IMG/VR virus record: IMGVR_UViG_3300036798_000053
Coordinates: 1-28,244 of that record
DNA length: 28,244 bases
Direction: 5' to 3' (one strand)
Source of the DNA: a virus
Lineage: Duplodnaviria > Caudoviricetes
Each line of letters opens with the position of its first letter. Position 1 is the first letter of the stretch. The notes beneath the pieces were generated by a model. It was not told the DNA's origin. It made no database searches and worked only from the letters and a program-made list of their open reading frames with translations. Of the stretch, positions 1 to 7,998 are shown piece by piece. Both the position numbers and the translations under genes were made by a program.

Positions 1-334
1 ACTGAGCACTGAGACCGTCCGCAGACGGAGCTGAGGTTGCGACAGCTCCAGCACTGTCACTGGAAGTGACAGTCGTAGGCCCAGCCGGGGTAAAGGCGGC
101 ACCGTTCTGGTCAAGCCAACTAACCTTTGCAGTTGCTACCTCGCCTGCACTGGTAAGAGTCTGAGTTGAAGCCACGAAAAACCTCCGGTCATTTTTTCCT
201 TCTCGGACAGCAACTACTCTACCGTTCCAGGACCAGGCAACGCCTTCAATCCTCTGATCGTAGTCGTGTTGCTTGTGATGATGGAAGTAATGACGCCAGC
301 TCTCATCCCTCCACTCGTCAGGCTCCTCTATCAT
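1..334 (-). CDS. Partial ORF running off the window; distal part is Ser/Thr/Ala/Val-rich and possibly Ig-like
   Basis: Manual translation from ATG 334 (ATGA overlap with the LAGLIDADG stop): MIEEPDEWRDESWRHYFHHHKQ...VATAKVSWLDQNGAAFTPAGPTTVTSSDSAGAVAT, open to the window edge. In-frame GTG at 175 is preceded by GGAGG. Confidence 0.65.
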   Translation of the reverse strand, partial: MIEEPDEWRDESWRHYFHHHKQHDYDQRIEGVAWSWNGRVVAVREGKNDRRFFVASTQTLTSAGEVATAKVSWLDQNGAAFTPAGPTTVTSSDSAGAVATSAPSADGLSAQ

Positions 335-735
335 GCGCCTTTTAGTTCTCGTTGAGAACGACGCCGGGACCACCCTGATCTTCTATGTGGAGGCTCAGCC
401 CAAAGCCGGTTCAAAACGCTTGATGCCTGAAGACGCTTAGGCATGGACAAGAAAGGCCAAAGCATTGCTATAACAGCTTGGGTGTCTGCCCAGCCGTTTA
501 CCGTGAGCGCCCATATTGGCTTGCTATTAGGACGAGAGGACGGCGAACTGTATGGACCACCAAGGTGCCCTACGCCACCAACAGCCCTCTGAAATCGTTC
601 CAGAGTGGTAGGCTCAATCTGATTAATACGAAGCCGCAAGCGCTGTCTCTGCTCCTGCTTAAACATGGCAACACAGCCTTCACCATCAAAAACCCCAGCA
701 GCCCAGGCAAGTTCTTCTCTATTGGGTGCGAACAT
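331..735 (-). CDS. LAGLIDADG homing endonuclease (single motif, free-standing)
   Basis: ELAWAAGVFDGEGCV motif, then RLRINQ...LERFQRAVGGVG and LWPFLSMPKRLQA. Start trimmed to ATG 735 (MFAPNREE). Confidence 0.9.
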   Translation of the reverse strand: MFAPNREELAWAAGVFDGEGCVAMFKQEQRQRLRLRINQIEPTTLERFQRAVGGVGHLGGPYSSPSSRPNSKPIWALTVNGWADTQAVIAMLWPFLSMPKRLQASSVLNRLWAEPPHRRSGWSRRRSQRELKGA

Positions 736-943
736 ACCCGTGAACATAGCCGGACTTGTCACCGTCCTGTGCAGACCAGTTGTAGCCGCCCTCAACGTGG
801 CTCAGGCTCTCCCTGGCGCTGTCTGTGGCGTCGGCCACAGGGTTGGACCAGTTGGGACGAGACTTCTTGACGGCGCCGTCAGAGGCACCCTCAACTAGCT
901 CTCCGGTCAAGTTGCGCTGAATACGGCCAAAGGGATCAGGCAT
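719..943 (-). CDS. Hypothetical phage protein (74 aa)
   Basis: TAATG coupling to the upstream gene with GGAGG RBS. Confidence 0.75.
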   Translation of the reverse strand: MPDPFGRIQRNLTGELVEGASDGAVKKSRPNWSNPVADATDSARESLSHVEGGYNWSAQDGDKSGYVHGYVRTQ

Positions 944-1233
944 TAGTCCTCCTCAGAATCTTCAGGATCTAGCACAGCGTGTGCATGTCCCGTGCCGAAC
1001 TGTCCACCCGACAGGTTACGCCCTGCGGCAGGTGGATTGCTAAAGAATGAACCAGGGGATGGAACACTCTGAATGCCCCGGCCTAGTGTACCTCCAAGGA
1101 AGCCGTGGGCATTGGTGTCCGTGGTAAAGTGCTGGTACTGCAGGCCAGCAGCACCGCCCGAGGGGTCGCCACCAGGGCCACCTTGGAACCCGGCCACGCT
1201 CTCACTGGGCTGCTTAGGGGAGACTCCAGGCAT
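943..1233 (-). CDS. Gly/Pro-rich hypothetical protein with LSGGQF motif
   Basis: TAATG coupling at both ends; GGAGG upstream. Confidence 0.75.
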   Translation of the reverse strand: MPGVSPKQPSESVAGFQGGPGGDPSGGAAGLQYQHFTTDTNAHGFLGGTLGRGIQSVPSPGSFFSNPPAAGRNLSGGQFGTGHAHAVLDPEDSEED

Positions 1234-1511
1234 TACTTGGTCCCTCCGACACTCTTTTGTGCAGCCACTGTGTTGTTAAGGGTTGAAGTGGCCTTCTCAT
1301 GGAGACCTGTCTTAAGCTTGGTACCGATCTCCTTGGCCCGGTCAGTAACCCACAGACCCTTGTCATAGCGGTGCTGGGTACCGTAACGAGATAGAGGAGC
1401 GTGCCTTTCAAATGGATCTAAAGGCTTACTACCCGAGACTGTGTTGACAAGAACGTGCTTGGCAAACTGCCCAAGGCTCAGCCCAGTATTTGTGTCGCCC
1501 AAGATACCCAT
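1233..1511 (-). CDS. Hypothetical protein with N-terminal LSLGQF motif
   Basis: Fills the operon slot; AGGA upstream; stop overlaps the next ATG. Confidence 0.7.
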   Translation of the reverse strand: MGILGDTNTGLSLGQFAKHVLVNTVSGSKPLDPFERHAPLSRYGTQHRYDKGLWVTDRAKEIGTKLKTGLHEKATSTLNNTVAAQKSVGGTK

Positions 1512-1520
1512 GAGATAATC

Positions 1521-1868
1521 CTACTGCTTATCGGTAATGTCCAAGGCGTCTAGCCTTTTATCTATACGGCGCATGAAGGCCAGCAGTCCACCCTGTGTCT
1601 CTCCGGTAAAGGGATCTTGGCTGCCCTTAATGAAGACGGTGAACTCTTCGATGGCCTTGCTCATAGTCTTGGCGTTCTCTTCAAGGACTGACACTCTGCT
1701 TGCTATCCCTGCTAAGCTGGCCTGCCGCTGGACTCTGCGGCGCTCTCTCCATGCCTTGAGCCTTCCACTCTGGGTGGTAAGAAACCACGTAGTCACAATG
1801 CCCGCTGCTGTACCGAGCACAATCCACAGCGCTGAAGCTTCCCCGGATACACTACTTAACGTCTGCAT
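1521..1868 (-). CDS. Membrane protein (N-terminal TM segment plus coiled coil), possible lysis accessory
   Basis: ALWIVLGTAAGIVTTWFL hydrophobic segment followed by a basic stretch and heptads. Confidence 0.7.
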   Translation of the reverse strand: MQTLSSVSGEASALWIVLGTAAGIVTTWFLTTQSGRLKAWRERRRVQRQASLAGIASRVSVLEENAKTMSKAIEEFTVFIKGSQDPFTGETQGGLLAFMRRIDKRLDALDITDKQ

Positions 1869-2290
1869 GGTTGAGGCTTGTAAATGGTATCGACGTACTT
1901 CAAGAAGGCATTGGCCCGTGCCTGGTTCTGTGAAGAAGTATTGGGATGGCTAGATGTGCCGATCAGAAGAGCAATGAACTGGTGCCACACAATGTCAACC
2001 TTGGCCCGAGACTCATTAGCCGTTAGACAAGCCTGGTAAGCGGTGTTCTGAATGGCCTGAACGTTGTTGTGGTTCTGATTAACAAGGAAGAAGACCGAGA
2101 AGGTAAAAAGGATGTCTATAAGGACAACAGCAGCGATTCTCCAGACCCGGCGAGAAGTCTTGGCCGACTTCTTCTCAGCCTGGATCGCCCTTGCTTCAGC
2201 ATTTCTGGACTCTTCCCGCAGCTCTTCGATCTTGTCGCTTAGACGATCTGCGGCAGCGACGATTTCCGCCTCATTCTCTGCCGTGGTCAT
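1856..2290 (-). CDS. Single-pass membrane protein (coiled coil, TM, Cys-containing external part)
   Basis: GAGGAGG RBS; RRVWRIAAVVLIDILFTFSVFFLV TM segment; ACLTANE and terminal PQPCRR resemble actinophage lysis-cassette membrane proteins. Confidence 0.75.
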   Translation of the reverse strand: MTTAENEAEIVAAADRLSDKIEELREESRNAEARAIQAEKKSAKTSRRVWRIAAVVLIDILFTFSVFFLVNQNHNNVQAIQNTAYQACLTANESRAKVDIVWHQFIALLIGTSSHPNTSSQNQARANAFLKYVDTIYKPQPCRR

Positions 2291-2435
2291 CGGTTTCCTC
2301 CTCTAACTTCTTATTGATAGACCCAAGTATGCCCTCAGCTTCAATGACTAGAGTGTGCAACTCTAAAGCCATACGGCGTTCGCTAGATACATGTTGGCCA
2401 ATCAAATCTGTTAGCAACATCTTGATTCGTCCCAC
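2271..2435 (-). CDS. Small helical hypothetical protein (54 aa, not in ORF track)
   Basis: Manual translation from GTG: MGRIKMLLTDLIGQHVSSERRMALELHTLVIEAEGILGSINKKLEEETDDHGRE; fills the gap; AGGGG upstream. Start uncertain. Confidence 0.55.
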   Translation of the reverse strand: MGRIKMLLTDLIGQHVSSERRMALELHTLVIEAEGILGSINKKLEEETDDHGRE

Positions 2436-2455
2436 ACACCCATTTCCCCTAAGGA

Positions 2456-2806
2456 TTACCAGCTAGCCCCGCCAAGGCCTAGTGGGTCTCCTCCGTTAGT
2501 GAGTCGGTCAGAGCCTTCGTAGCGAGTGTCCTCAAAGCCATCGCCAGGCTTGCGCACAGTAGACGGCTGCTGTGCGGGCATGTAACTTGGGTCGATCCGG
2601 TCAATGCCGAACACCTGCAGCACAGTGGCCTGGCGCTCAGCATAAGTCGGGTAGCCGAAACGAGGGGGCAGGTACTGGATCTGCGGTAGCGGCGGGCGCA
2701 GTGCCCGTAGCTGTTCAGCCGTAGCAGACTCAGCTACCCAGAAGGCATCCTCTGATTGTCTCTGGTAGTTGTTGGCCCATGGCTGGGCATAAGGCTCAAC
2801 TTGCAT
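2456..2806 (-). CDS. Pro-rich hypothetical phage protein
   Basis: AAGGTGGAG RBS; fits the operon. Confidence 0.75.
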   Translation of the reverse strand: MQVEPYAQPWANNYQRQSEDAFWVAESATAEQLRALRPPLPQIQYLPPRFGYPTYAERQATVLQVFGIDRIDPSYMPAQQPSTVRKPGDGFEDTRYEGSDRLTNGGDPLGLGGASW

Positions 2807-2815
2807 CTCTCCACC

Positions 2816-4300
2816 TTAGAACATCTTGAACTGTCCCTCATTTACATGAGGGATAGGGCGTGAGGGATAGGCCTGTTCATGAGATGGTATGTCCAGCCGA
2901 GGAGTCGCTGCCTTACGCTGGAGCTGCTCTTCACCCCACTGCATGGCTTGTGGCTGGCGCACTGAGGTACCTTGTCCCCGCTCCATGCCAGCCTGGCGAG
3001 CAGCATAGTCAGCAGCTGAGTGAAAGTTAGGCGTGCTGCCCATAGCCTTTTCTCTCTCACTCTTATCTCGGTAACCTACGTTTTGGATACCGTACCGCTT
3101 ATTTAGTTCCCGATCTGAACGGGGGTCGTCCCTAAACTCCTGCTTACGAGCAAGACCCCCGCCTCCTACCTTCCTACGGTAGGGCTTCTCTGAACTCAAG
3201 TGAGGGAACATACCACCACCACCACTATGCACGTCAGCGACAAAGAAGTCAGGCTCAGACTCGTCAAAAGAGTTAGCAAACGGCCCAGTCTTTGGACCCC
3301 ACTGCGACGATCCTAAAGGCGCAGACTTAGAGGGAGCATTACGAGATGTTCCCATTGGGTTGCCCCGGTCGGTATGTTGAAGCATTCGACCAGTCCGTAC
3401 TGCGTTAGCCGGTCGGCTTGTATTTGTTACCCCCTGCCGGTTAACTCCAGAAGTCATCTGGGTTGGGGGTACTCCCTCGGCGTGCTGCTTAATGACCGAC
3501 TCAGCTGCTTCGATGTTTGGTGACGTGCGCCGTCCCGGCTCACCACTGGTGAACTTAGTGTTGGGAGACACGTGGCTGATTGCACCCACATGAACAGAGG
3601 GGTCAATGTTGATTCCCTGCCCAGCAAGATGGCTGCGGGACTCCCGCATCATTTCCTTAGGCCGGTCTAAAGGCTCAGGTGCATCAGCCGGGTGCTCGTC
3701 ATAGAAATGCTTGGTAAAGGGAACAGGCTCACCAGTAGAGGCCCGATTGTGGCCCGCCATGTGTGCTCGCCAGACAGACTGATCCATCTGCCGCCCATAG
3801 TCTTCCTGCATCTGTCCCATGGACGTGCCGTGCTGCCTTAGCTTCGCTTCTGTATTTGCCCTGTCTTTATCACTCAGGTCTTCCCAACGAGGAGGGGTGG
3901 CCACAGCGTGTGGGTTCTCAAACCCCGGCAACTGCTGGTCCCCAAGCCCGTGTCCCTCGTTAGTGACACCGAGCGCATGGTATATCTGTGCCCGCTTCAT
4001 TTGCGTGCGGTTTATCTCGGGCATGCCCCGAGCACGAAGAAGGTTGTTATGGTGCGTAGTTACAAGGTCTTGTATGTCTCTTGAGCGCTCTTGTCCCCCC
4101 GGACTTGCTTCCCAAGCTGCTCGCTTACGTGTGGCACCGCCAATCTTTGAACGAGTAGACCGAGCCTTGGCCTGGCGTGCCTCTTCTCTCTCTTCCTTAG
4201 TCTTCTTTACAGGCGAGGGCGTTGCCCTGTTAGCCGTCTGGGCGGGTTCTGGCTCATAATCATCAAACATGTCCGTTGGACCGGTTTGTCTAGGCGGCAT
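2816..4300 (-). CDS. 494-aa protein with a divergent HhH-GPD (OGG1-like) DNA glycosylase/lyase core and C-terminal VNEGQF
   Basis: GPKTGPF with ADVH whose Asp is 19 residues after the Lys, then QAMQW; compare hOGG1 K249/D268/H270 and Q315/F319. The CDS is secure; the function is inferred. Confidence 0.6.
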   Translation of the reverse strand: MPPRQTGPTDMFDDYEPEPAQTANRATPSPVKKTKEEREEARQAKARSTRSKIGGATRKRAAWEASPGGQERSRDIQDLVTTHHNNLLRARGMPEINRTQMKRAQIYHALGVTNEGHGLGDQQLPGFENPHAVATPPRWEDLSDKDRANTEAKLRQHGTSMGQMQEDYGRQMDQSVWRAHMAGHNRASTGEPVPFTKHFYDEHPADAPEPLDRPKEMMRESRSHLAGQGINIDPSVHVGAISHVSPNTKFTSGEPGRRTSPNIEAAESVIKQHAEGVPPTQMTSGVNRQGVTNTSRPANAVRTGRMLQHTDRGNPMGTSRNAPSKSAPLGSSQWGPKTGPFANSFDESEPDFFVADVHSGGGGMFPHLSSEKPYRRKVGGGGLARKQEFRDDPRSDRELNKRYGIQNVGYRDKSEREKAMGSTPNFHSAADYAARQAGMERGQGTSVRQPQAMQWGEEQLQRKAATPRLDIPSHEQAYPSRPIPHVNEGQFKMF

Positions 4301-4610
4301 CCTTGACTCCTGACACGAACGCAGACAGCGTCTGTCCGCACTTCTTGCACTTGCCCTGGTGATGCAGTGCGCCGTTCTTCATCTTCTTACCATCGCCCTC
4401 GGCATCGAACTCACTCTTGCCCTTGCAGGTAAAGCAGTGAGCGTTAAGTGTCAACGGCTCGTCGGCCATGGGCACCTGCGTAGGGATACGGGACATGGGG
4501 CCGAAGGCGTGCGGCGCTACCTGCAAGGCCTGGGCCTGCAGTGCGGCGTGCGTCTGCACGGCGTCAGCCATGTACTGCGCATTGTAAAGGCGGCTAGGTC
4601 TCTTGGCCAT
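4290..4610 (-). CDS. Zinc-ribbon protein, DUF5679-like
   Basis: AHCFTCKGKSEF...MKNGALHHQGKCKKCGQTLSAFV matches the YCxKC...MKNG...GxCxxCG pattern as recalled. Confidence 0.75.
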   Translation of the reverse strand: MAKRPSRLYNAQYMADAVQTHAALQAQALQVAPHAFGPMSRIPTQVPMADEPLTLNAHCFTCKGKSEFDAEGDGKKMKNGALHHQGKCKKCGQTLSAFVSGVKDAA

Positions 4611-4978
4611 TACGGTGCCGGGTTTGCGTCACCCGGATCAGGGTCGTAGTCCAGTGGCTTAACGGTTCCAGCCAGAGGATGGGTGGCACGCAAAGTCTTG
4701 AGGTTATTGTTCCACTGAGTGGCACGGCCTGTGCCGTCTGATGGGGCGCTGGGATTGATCAACTGATCGGACTCATTAGCAGGCTGGGTCACCTGACCAT
4801 CCATAGAAGCACTGGTAGTGCTGGGACCAAGTGCGCCCACTTCCACGTCTGACCTGTCCGAGAACAGAGCGAGCTGAGCCTGCTGCACCAGAACATCAGG
4901 ACCGTCACGCCAGACCTGTGGCGTCCAAGGTGTCTTGTCTTCAGTGGCATCGCCACTGAACTGCTCAGTGGGCAGCAT
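4610..4978 (-). CDS. Hypothetical protein starting MLPTEQF
   Basis: AGGAG RBS; TAATG coupling to the next gene. Confidence 0.75.
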   Translation of the reverse strand: MLPTEQFSGDATEDKTPWTPQVWRDGPDVLVQQAQLALFSDRSDVEVGALGPSTTSASMDGQVTQPANESDQLINPSAPSDGTGRATQWNNNLKTLRATHPLAGTVKPLDYDPDPGDANPAP

Positions 4979-4980
4979 GA

Positions 4981-5199
4981 TTACGCTCCTTGTGAGGCCT
5001 TGGCAGCAGCTAGTGGACCGGAAGGATCAGTGCCGCCGCCCTTGTTACCACTGCGCATGCGACGGTCATTGAACAGACCTTTACCGGGCATCTTTCCCAT
5101 GCCAAGGCCCTCGCCACCCTCAGCTGCACCGGCAGCCTCTGCACCACCACCGATGCCAACAGCTTCTGCGACCTCTGGAATAGCAGCTACAAATGCCAT
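4981..5199 (-). CDS. Gly/Ala-rich small hypothetical protein
   Basis: AAGGAGG RBS; TGATG coupling. Confidence 0.7.
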   Translation of the reverse strand: MAFVAAIPEVAEAVGIGGGAEAAGAAEGGEGLGMGKMPGKGLFNDRRMRSGNKGGGTDPSGPLAAAKASQGA

Positions 5200-5354
5200 C
5201 AGGCAGCTTCCTCCTTAGGATGACCGCCATCGTACAGACAGCCAGGGTGGTCGCCGGTCAACATATAGATAATGTGGTCCGCAATCCCATAGGCGGGCGA
5301 ATCCTTGGGATAGATCCGACAGGTAGAACGGCAGAACTCCAGAACCTCGTCCAT
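5199..5354 (-). CDS. Small Cys/His-containing hypothetical protein (51 aa, not in ORF track)
   Basis: MDEVLEFCRSTCRIYPKDSPAYGIADHIIYMLTGDHPGCLYDGGHPKEEAA; TGATG overlaps at both ends. Confidence 0.65.
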   Translation of the reverse strand: MDEVLEFCRSTCRIYPKDSPAYGIADHIIYMLTGDHPGCLYDGGHPKEEAA

Positions 5355-5578
5355 CAGGCCTGCAGTTCGTGGTCTGGAGAGTAGGCAGGAGGCTGAGAAC
5401 CACGGCCAGCAGAGGCGAACACGCCCTGATAACCTGCCTCGTTCTGTGCCCTGGCCTGAGCAATCAATGCGTCAGGACTGGAGTGCCAGCAGTCAGGAGT
5501 CCAGACACCACCGGACCCACTACCCACTGGCTCAGTGGGAGAGTTCCCACTAGCAACAACCGTTCCAGTGTCAGACAT
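5354..5578 (-). CDS. Small hypothetical protein
   Basis: GGAGG RBS; TGATG coupling downstream. Confidence 0.7.
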   Translation of the reverse strand: MSDTGTVVASGNSPTEPVGSGSGGVWTPDCWHSSPDALIAQARAQNEAGYQGVFASAGRGSQPPAYSPDHELQA

Positions 5579-5726
5579 TCTTTTGCCTCCGATCCTTAAA
5601 GCCGGTTACAACCCGATCAGGGCCATTGTAATCCGTGGATAGGTGATTAGCACCTGCACTATCACGGGGCGGCTCGTCATAGCCCGGTTCCTGCCAGTTA
5701 ACTGCGTTCTTATCTCCGTCAGCCAC
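5571..5726 (-). CDS. Small hypothetical protein (51 aa, not in ORF track)
   Basis: GTG start in a TAGTG overlap with GAGGGG RBS: MADGDKNAVNWQEPGYDEPPRDSAGANHLSTDYNGPDRVVTGFKDRRQKNV. Confidence 0.65.
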   Translation of the reverse strand: MADGDKNAVNWQEPGYDEPPRDSAGANHLSTDYNGPDRVVTGFKDRRQKNV

Positions 5727-5893
5727 TACGCCCCCTCGGAAGGGCGAATAGGTTGACTCAGCTCGTCATACTGATCAGCAACAAAAGATTCTTTAACCTT
5801 GGGAGCGTCAGTGCTAGGGTCAAAGAGCATTGGATACCTCTCACTCAAGGGGCGGGGCTTGATCTCCTTGCGGCGGTCGTTGAAGTCAACCAT
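5726..5893 (-). CDS. Small hypothetical protein (55 aa, not in ORF track)
   Basis: GAGGAGGG RBS; MVDFNDRRKEIKPRPLSERYPMLFDPSTDAPKVKESFVADQYDELSQPIRPSEGA. Confidence 0.7.
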   Translation of the reverse strand: MVDFNDRRKEIKPRPLSERYPMLFDPSTDAPKVKESFVADQYDELSQPIRPSEGA

Positions 5894-5902
5894 TGCCCTC
5901 CT

Positions 5903-6232
5903 CTAGCCGGGAGTGAATGAAGTATTTGCCCGCCCGGTGCTCTTAACCACGTGCGCAGTGCTGTGGTTGTGCATGTACTCGTTAGACGTGTTTACACCAT
6001 ACACATGGTGATGTTCTACATCAGGGTCATCCCAGCGCACTGTTATGTGGTGCGAGGCCTGGGGATGGAACCTATCACGGACATCATCATGAACTCTTAC
6101 CGCTGTCACCTGGGGTGCGTCCGGTCCTGAGTGCTCTACTCCGTGCTGCTTAGCCGTGTCCCTGCGGACAGCCTCAGCCAGCATGCCCATGTGGGGACCG
6201 AACTGCTCACCTAATGACTCATGCGCTGGCAT
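5903..6232 (-). CDS. His-rich hypothetical protein starting MPAHESLGEQF
   Basis: GAGGG RBS; 109-aa ORF fitting the operon. Confidence 0.75.
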   Translation of the reverse strand: MPAHESLGEQFGPHMGMLAEAVRRDTAKQHGVEHSGPDAPQVTAVRVHDDVRDRFHPQASHHITVRWDDPDVEHHHVYGVNTSNEYMHNHSTAHVVKSTGRANTSFTPG

Positions 6233-6377
6233 CAGAGCCAGCCCTCTTCAGGTGCGCCAGGTGCTCAAGGTCCGACTCGGCCCAGCCCTTGCAGTCTCCG
6301 GTGTCGTTGAGAAGAGGCGGGTCAGGGTTTGGCCGGTTGTTCTCGTCGCCTGGCATCGGATCTACTGGAAGTCCCAT
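6219..6377 (-). CDS. Small hypothetical protein (52 aa, not in ORF track)
   Basis: MGLPVDPMPGDENNRPNPDPPLLNDTGDCKGWAESDLEHLAHLKRAGSDASA; fills the gap between neighbours. Confidence 0.55.
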   Translation of the reverse strand: MGLPVDPMPGDENNRPNPDPPLLNDTGDCKGWAESDLEHLAHLKRAGSDASA

Positions 6378-6389
6378 TACAAATCCAGC

Positions 6390-6932
6390 TTAGCCTTGCA
6401 TGCTTTGTTGCCTACGAGATGGCATCCCGTATGTAGGCCTTAGCAATGCAAGCTGCGACACTCTGTGCTGGTCAATCGTCACGATGGACTCTGACCCACG
6501 TGGCGCCATCTTGCTTTCAAGCACGGGCGTTGGCTGGAAAAACTGGTTTAGAGGGGCGTAACGCTCACCAGTAGTAGCTTGGCGTTGGATACCACTAAGC
6601 GGATTCATTTCCTCGGGCCAGAGCATGTCCCCAGGATCGATTCTCTCTCCAAGATGCACGCCTCTTTGGTAACTTCTTTGGTTTACCCTGGCTTTCAACG
6701 AGTCAAGAACTCGATCACTTCTACGATCAGTTATTGTCCCCAAGTATCCAGCGGGGAAATCTGCCCCAGGAATGCGATTAAACATCATGCGCCTGCCATC
6801 TAGGACAGAGCGCACCCACGGCTGGGGAGGCATGTTCCCGACGATGGCACCGGGGGTAATAGGAGCACCACTAGGGCCAGCCGTGTACAGCTGGCTCATG
6901 GCCTTGCCACCACCAAAGTTTGAATCAGACAT
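6390..6932 (-). CDS. Hypothetical phage protein (180 aa)
   Basis: TAAGGA RBS; contains GYLGTI...RSYQRGVHLGERID. Confidence 0.8.
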   Translation of the reverse strand: MSDSNFGGGKAMSQLYTAGPSGAPITPGAIVGNMPPQPWVRSVLDGRRMMFNRIPGADFPAGYLGTITDRRSDRVLDSLKARVNQRSYQRGVHLGERIDPGDMLWPEEMNPLSGIQRQATTGERYAPLNQFFQPTPVLESKMAPRGSESIVTIDQHRVSQLALLRPTYGMPSRRQQSMQG

Positions 6933-6940
6933 CTGATTCC

Positions 6941-7144
6941 TTACTTGTTGTTATAGATGCTCTTGGGCCAGCTCTGGTCCAGGCCACCTGATTGATGCGG
7001 ACCTGAATGGTACATGGACAGGTCACAGTAGACGGTGGTGAATCCACCACCGGCTGCAGGGATAACGGTCGTATTGCAGAACTGCTGCGGCTCGACTGTT
7101 GGAGTGGAGGTTGGGGTCGGGAGTTTAGGGTTGGGACGTGCCAT
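6941..7144 (-). CDS. Small hypothetical protein with C...C-x4-H-x3-H possible metal site
   Basis: AAGG RBS; FCNTT...YCDLSMYHSGPH. Confidence 0.6.
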   Translation of the reverse strand: MARPNPKLPTPTSTPTVEPQQFCNTTVIPAAGGGFTTVYCDLSMYHSGPHQSGGLDQSWPKSIYNNK

Positions 7145-7159
7145 GCCTTAAAGCATAAC

Positions 7160-7615
7160 TTAAGCAGGGTACCCAAGGTATTGCAGGCCATTAGCCGCAT
7201 CATTGACATACTTCAGGCCGTTCAAGGTAATGGGGCGGGCCTTATGGATCATGTCAATGGCCAGATCGTAGTCGATTCCGAAGGCGAACAATATAGCAAA
7301 GGCCGTGGATGGACCCCGGTTCTTGCCGTTGGTGCAGTGGGTATAGACCTTGGTATGCGGCTTGGCGGCTGCCATAAAGTAGTACTCGACTGAGTGCATG
7401 AACCACATGGGGTCCTTCGCCTGGCCGTCATCCTCTGTCGGGTTCCACAGACAGGAGATACGTGGATCAGCGCCCAGGTAATACTGGTCTGCTTCGTCCC
7501 AGGTGCAGTCAATGACATGGGTAATGCCCGCAAGTGCTAGCTGCTCAACGTCATCAGGGCTTTCGATGGCATTGCCGGTAGCCAGGCATGCTGTGATGAA
7601 GTCGAAGTCGATCAC
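7160..7615 (-). CDS. Dual-specificity / Cys-based (CX5R) phosphatase
   Basis: GITHVIDC, acid loop PTEDDG, P-loop VYTHCTNGKNRGPST, then AIDMIHKARP. Confidence 0.92.
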   Translation of the reverse strand: MIDFDFITACLATGNAIESPDDVEQLALAGITHVIDCTWDEADQYYLGADPRISCLWNPTEDDGQAKDPMWFMHSVEYYFMAAAKPHTKVYTHCTNGKNRGPSTAFAILFAFGIDYDLAIDMIHKARPITLNGLKYVNDAANGLQYLGYPA

Positions 7616-7998
7616 AGTCGCCGCATCCTTGAAGGGTCAACCTTACCTCGGAGTACTCCTCTTGCCTGCTGAATGTCGGGCATGCTTTCCCAGCCCGGAT
7701 GTGGGTCCTCCTCTACCTCATGCGGATGAGCATCGATCTCCCAGACATCATTGTGTCCAATCCCCCAGTTACCTGCTGACATGGTATGCGCAGCTTGCTT
7801 ATTCTTAAACACCCAGTTCATGTCACCGTATTGCTTGGGCTTACCGCTTTCATCCTTAGCCATGTCACCGCCAGGAACAAGGCCGTGTTCCTTGATGGAT
7901 GCTCGGTTACGGTGGTTAGACACGTGATAAACCTTGCCAAACTGGTCTTCGTTCAGATGCTCAAGTGGAGCGGGCTTGATCCGTTTCATTCGTCCCAC
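7612..7998 (-). CDS. ADP-ribosyltransferase-fold protein (KptA/Tpt1-like) with N-terminal LNEDQF
   Basis: VYHVSNHRNRASIKEHGLVP (YH..N..SI...GL.P), VWEID, EEDP and terminal GKVDPSRM. Confidence 0.72.
   Translation of the reverse strand: MGRMKRIKPAPLEHLNEDQFGKVYHVSNHRNRASIKEHGLVPGGDMAKDESGKPKQYGDMNWVFKNKQAAHTMSAGNWGIGHNDVWEIDAHPHEVEEDPHPGWESMPDIQQARGVLRGKVDPSRMRRL

Noticed and set aside
331-943. Group I intron or intein hosting the LAGLIDADG ORF
   Set aside because: No non-coding flanks, no interrupted host gene and no intein terminal residues.
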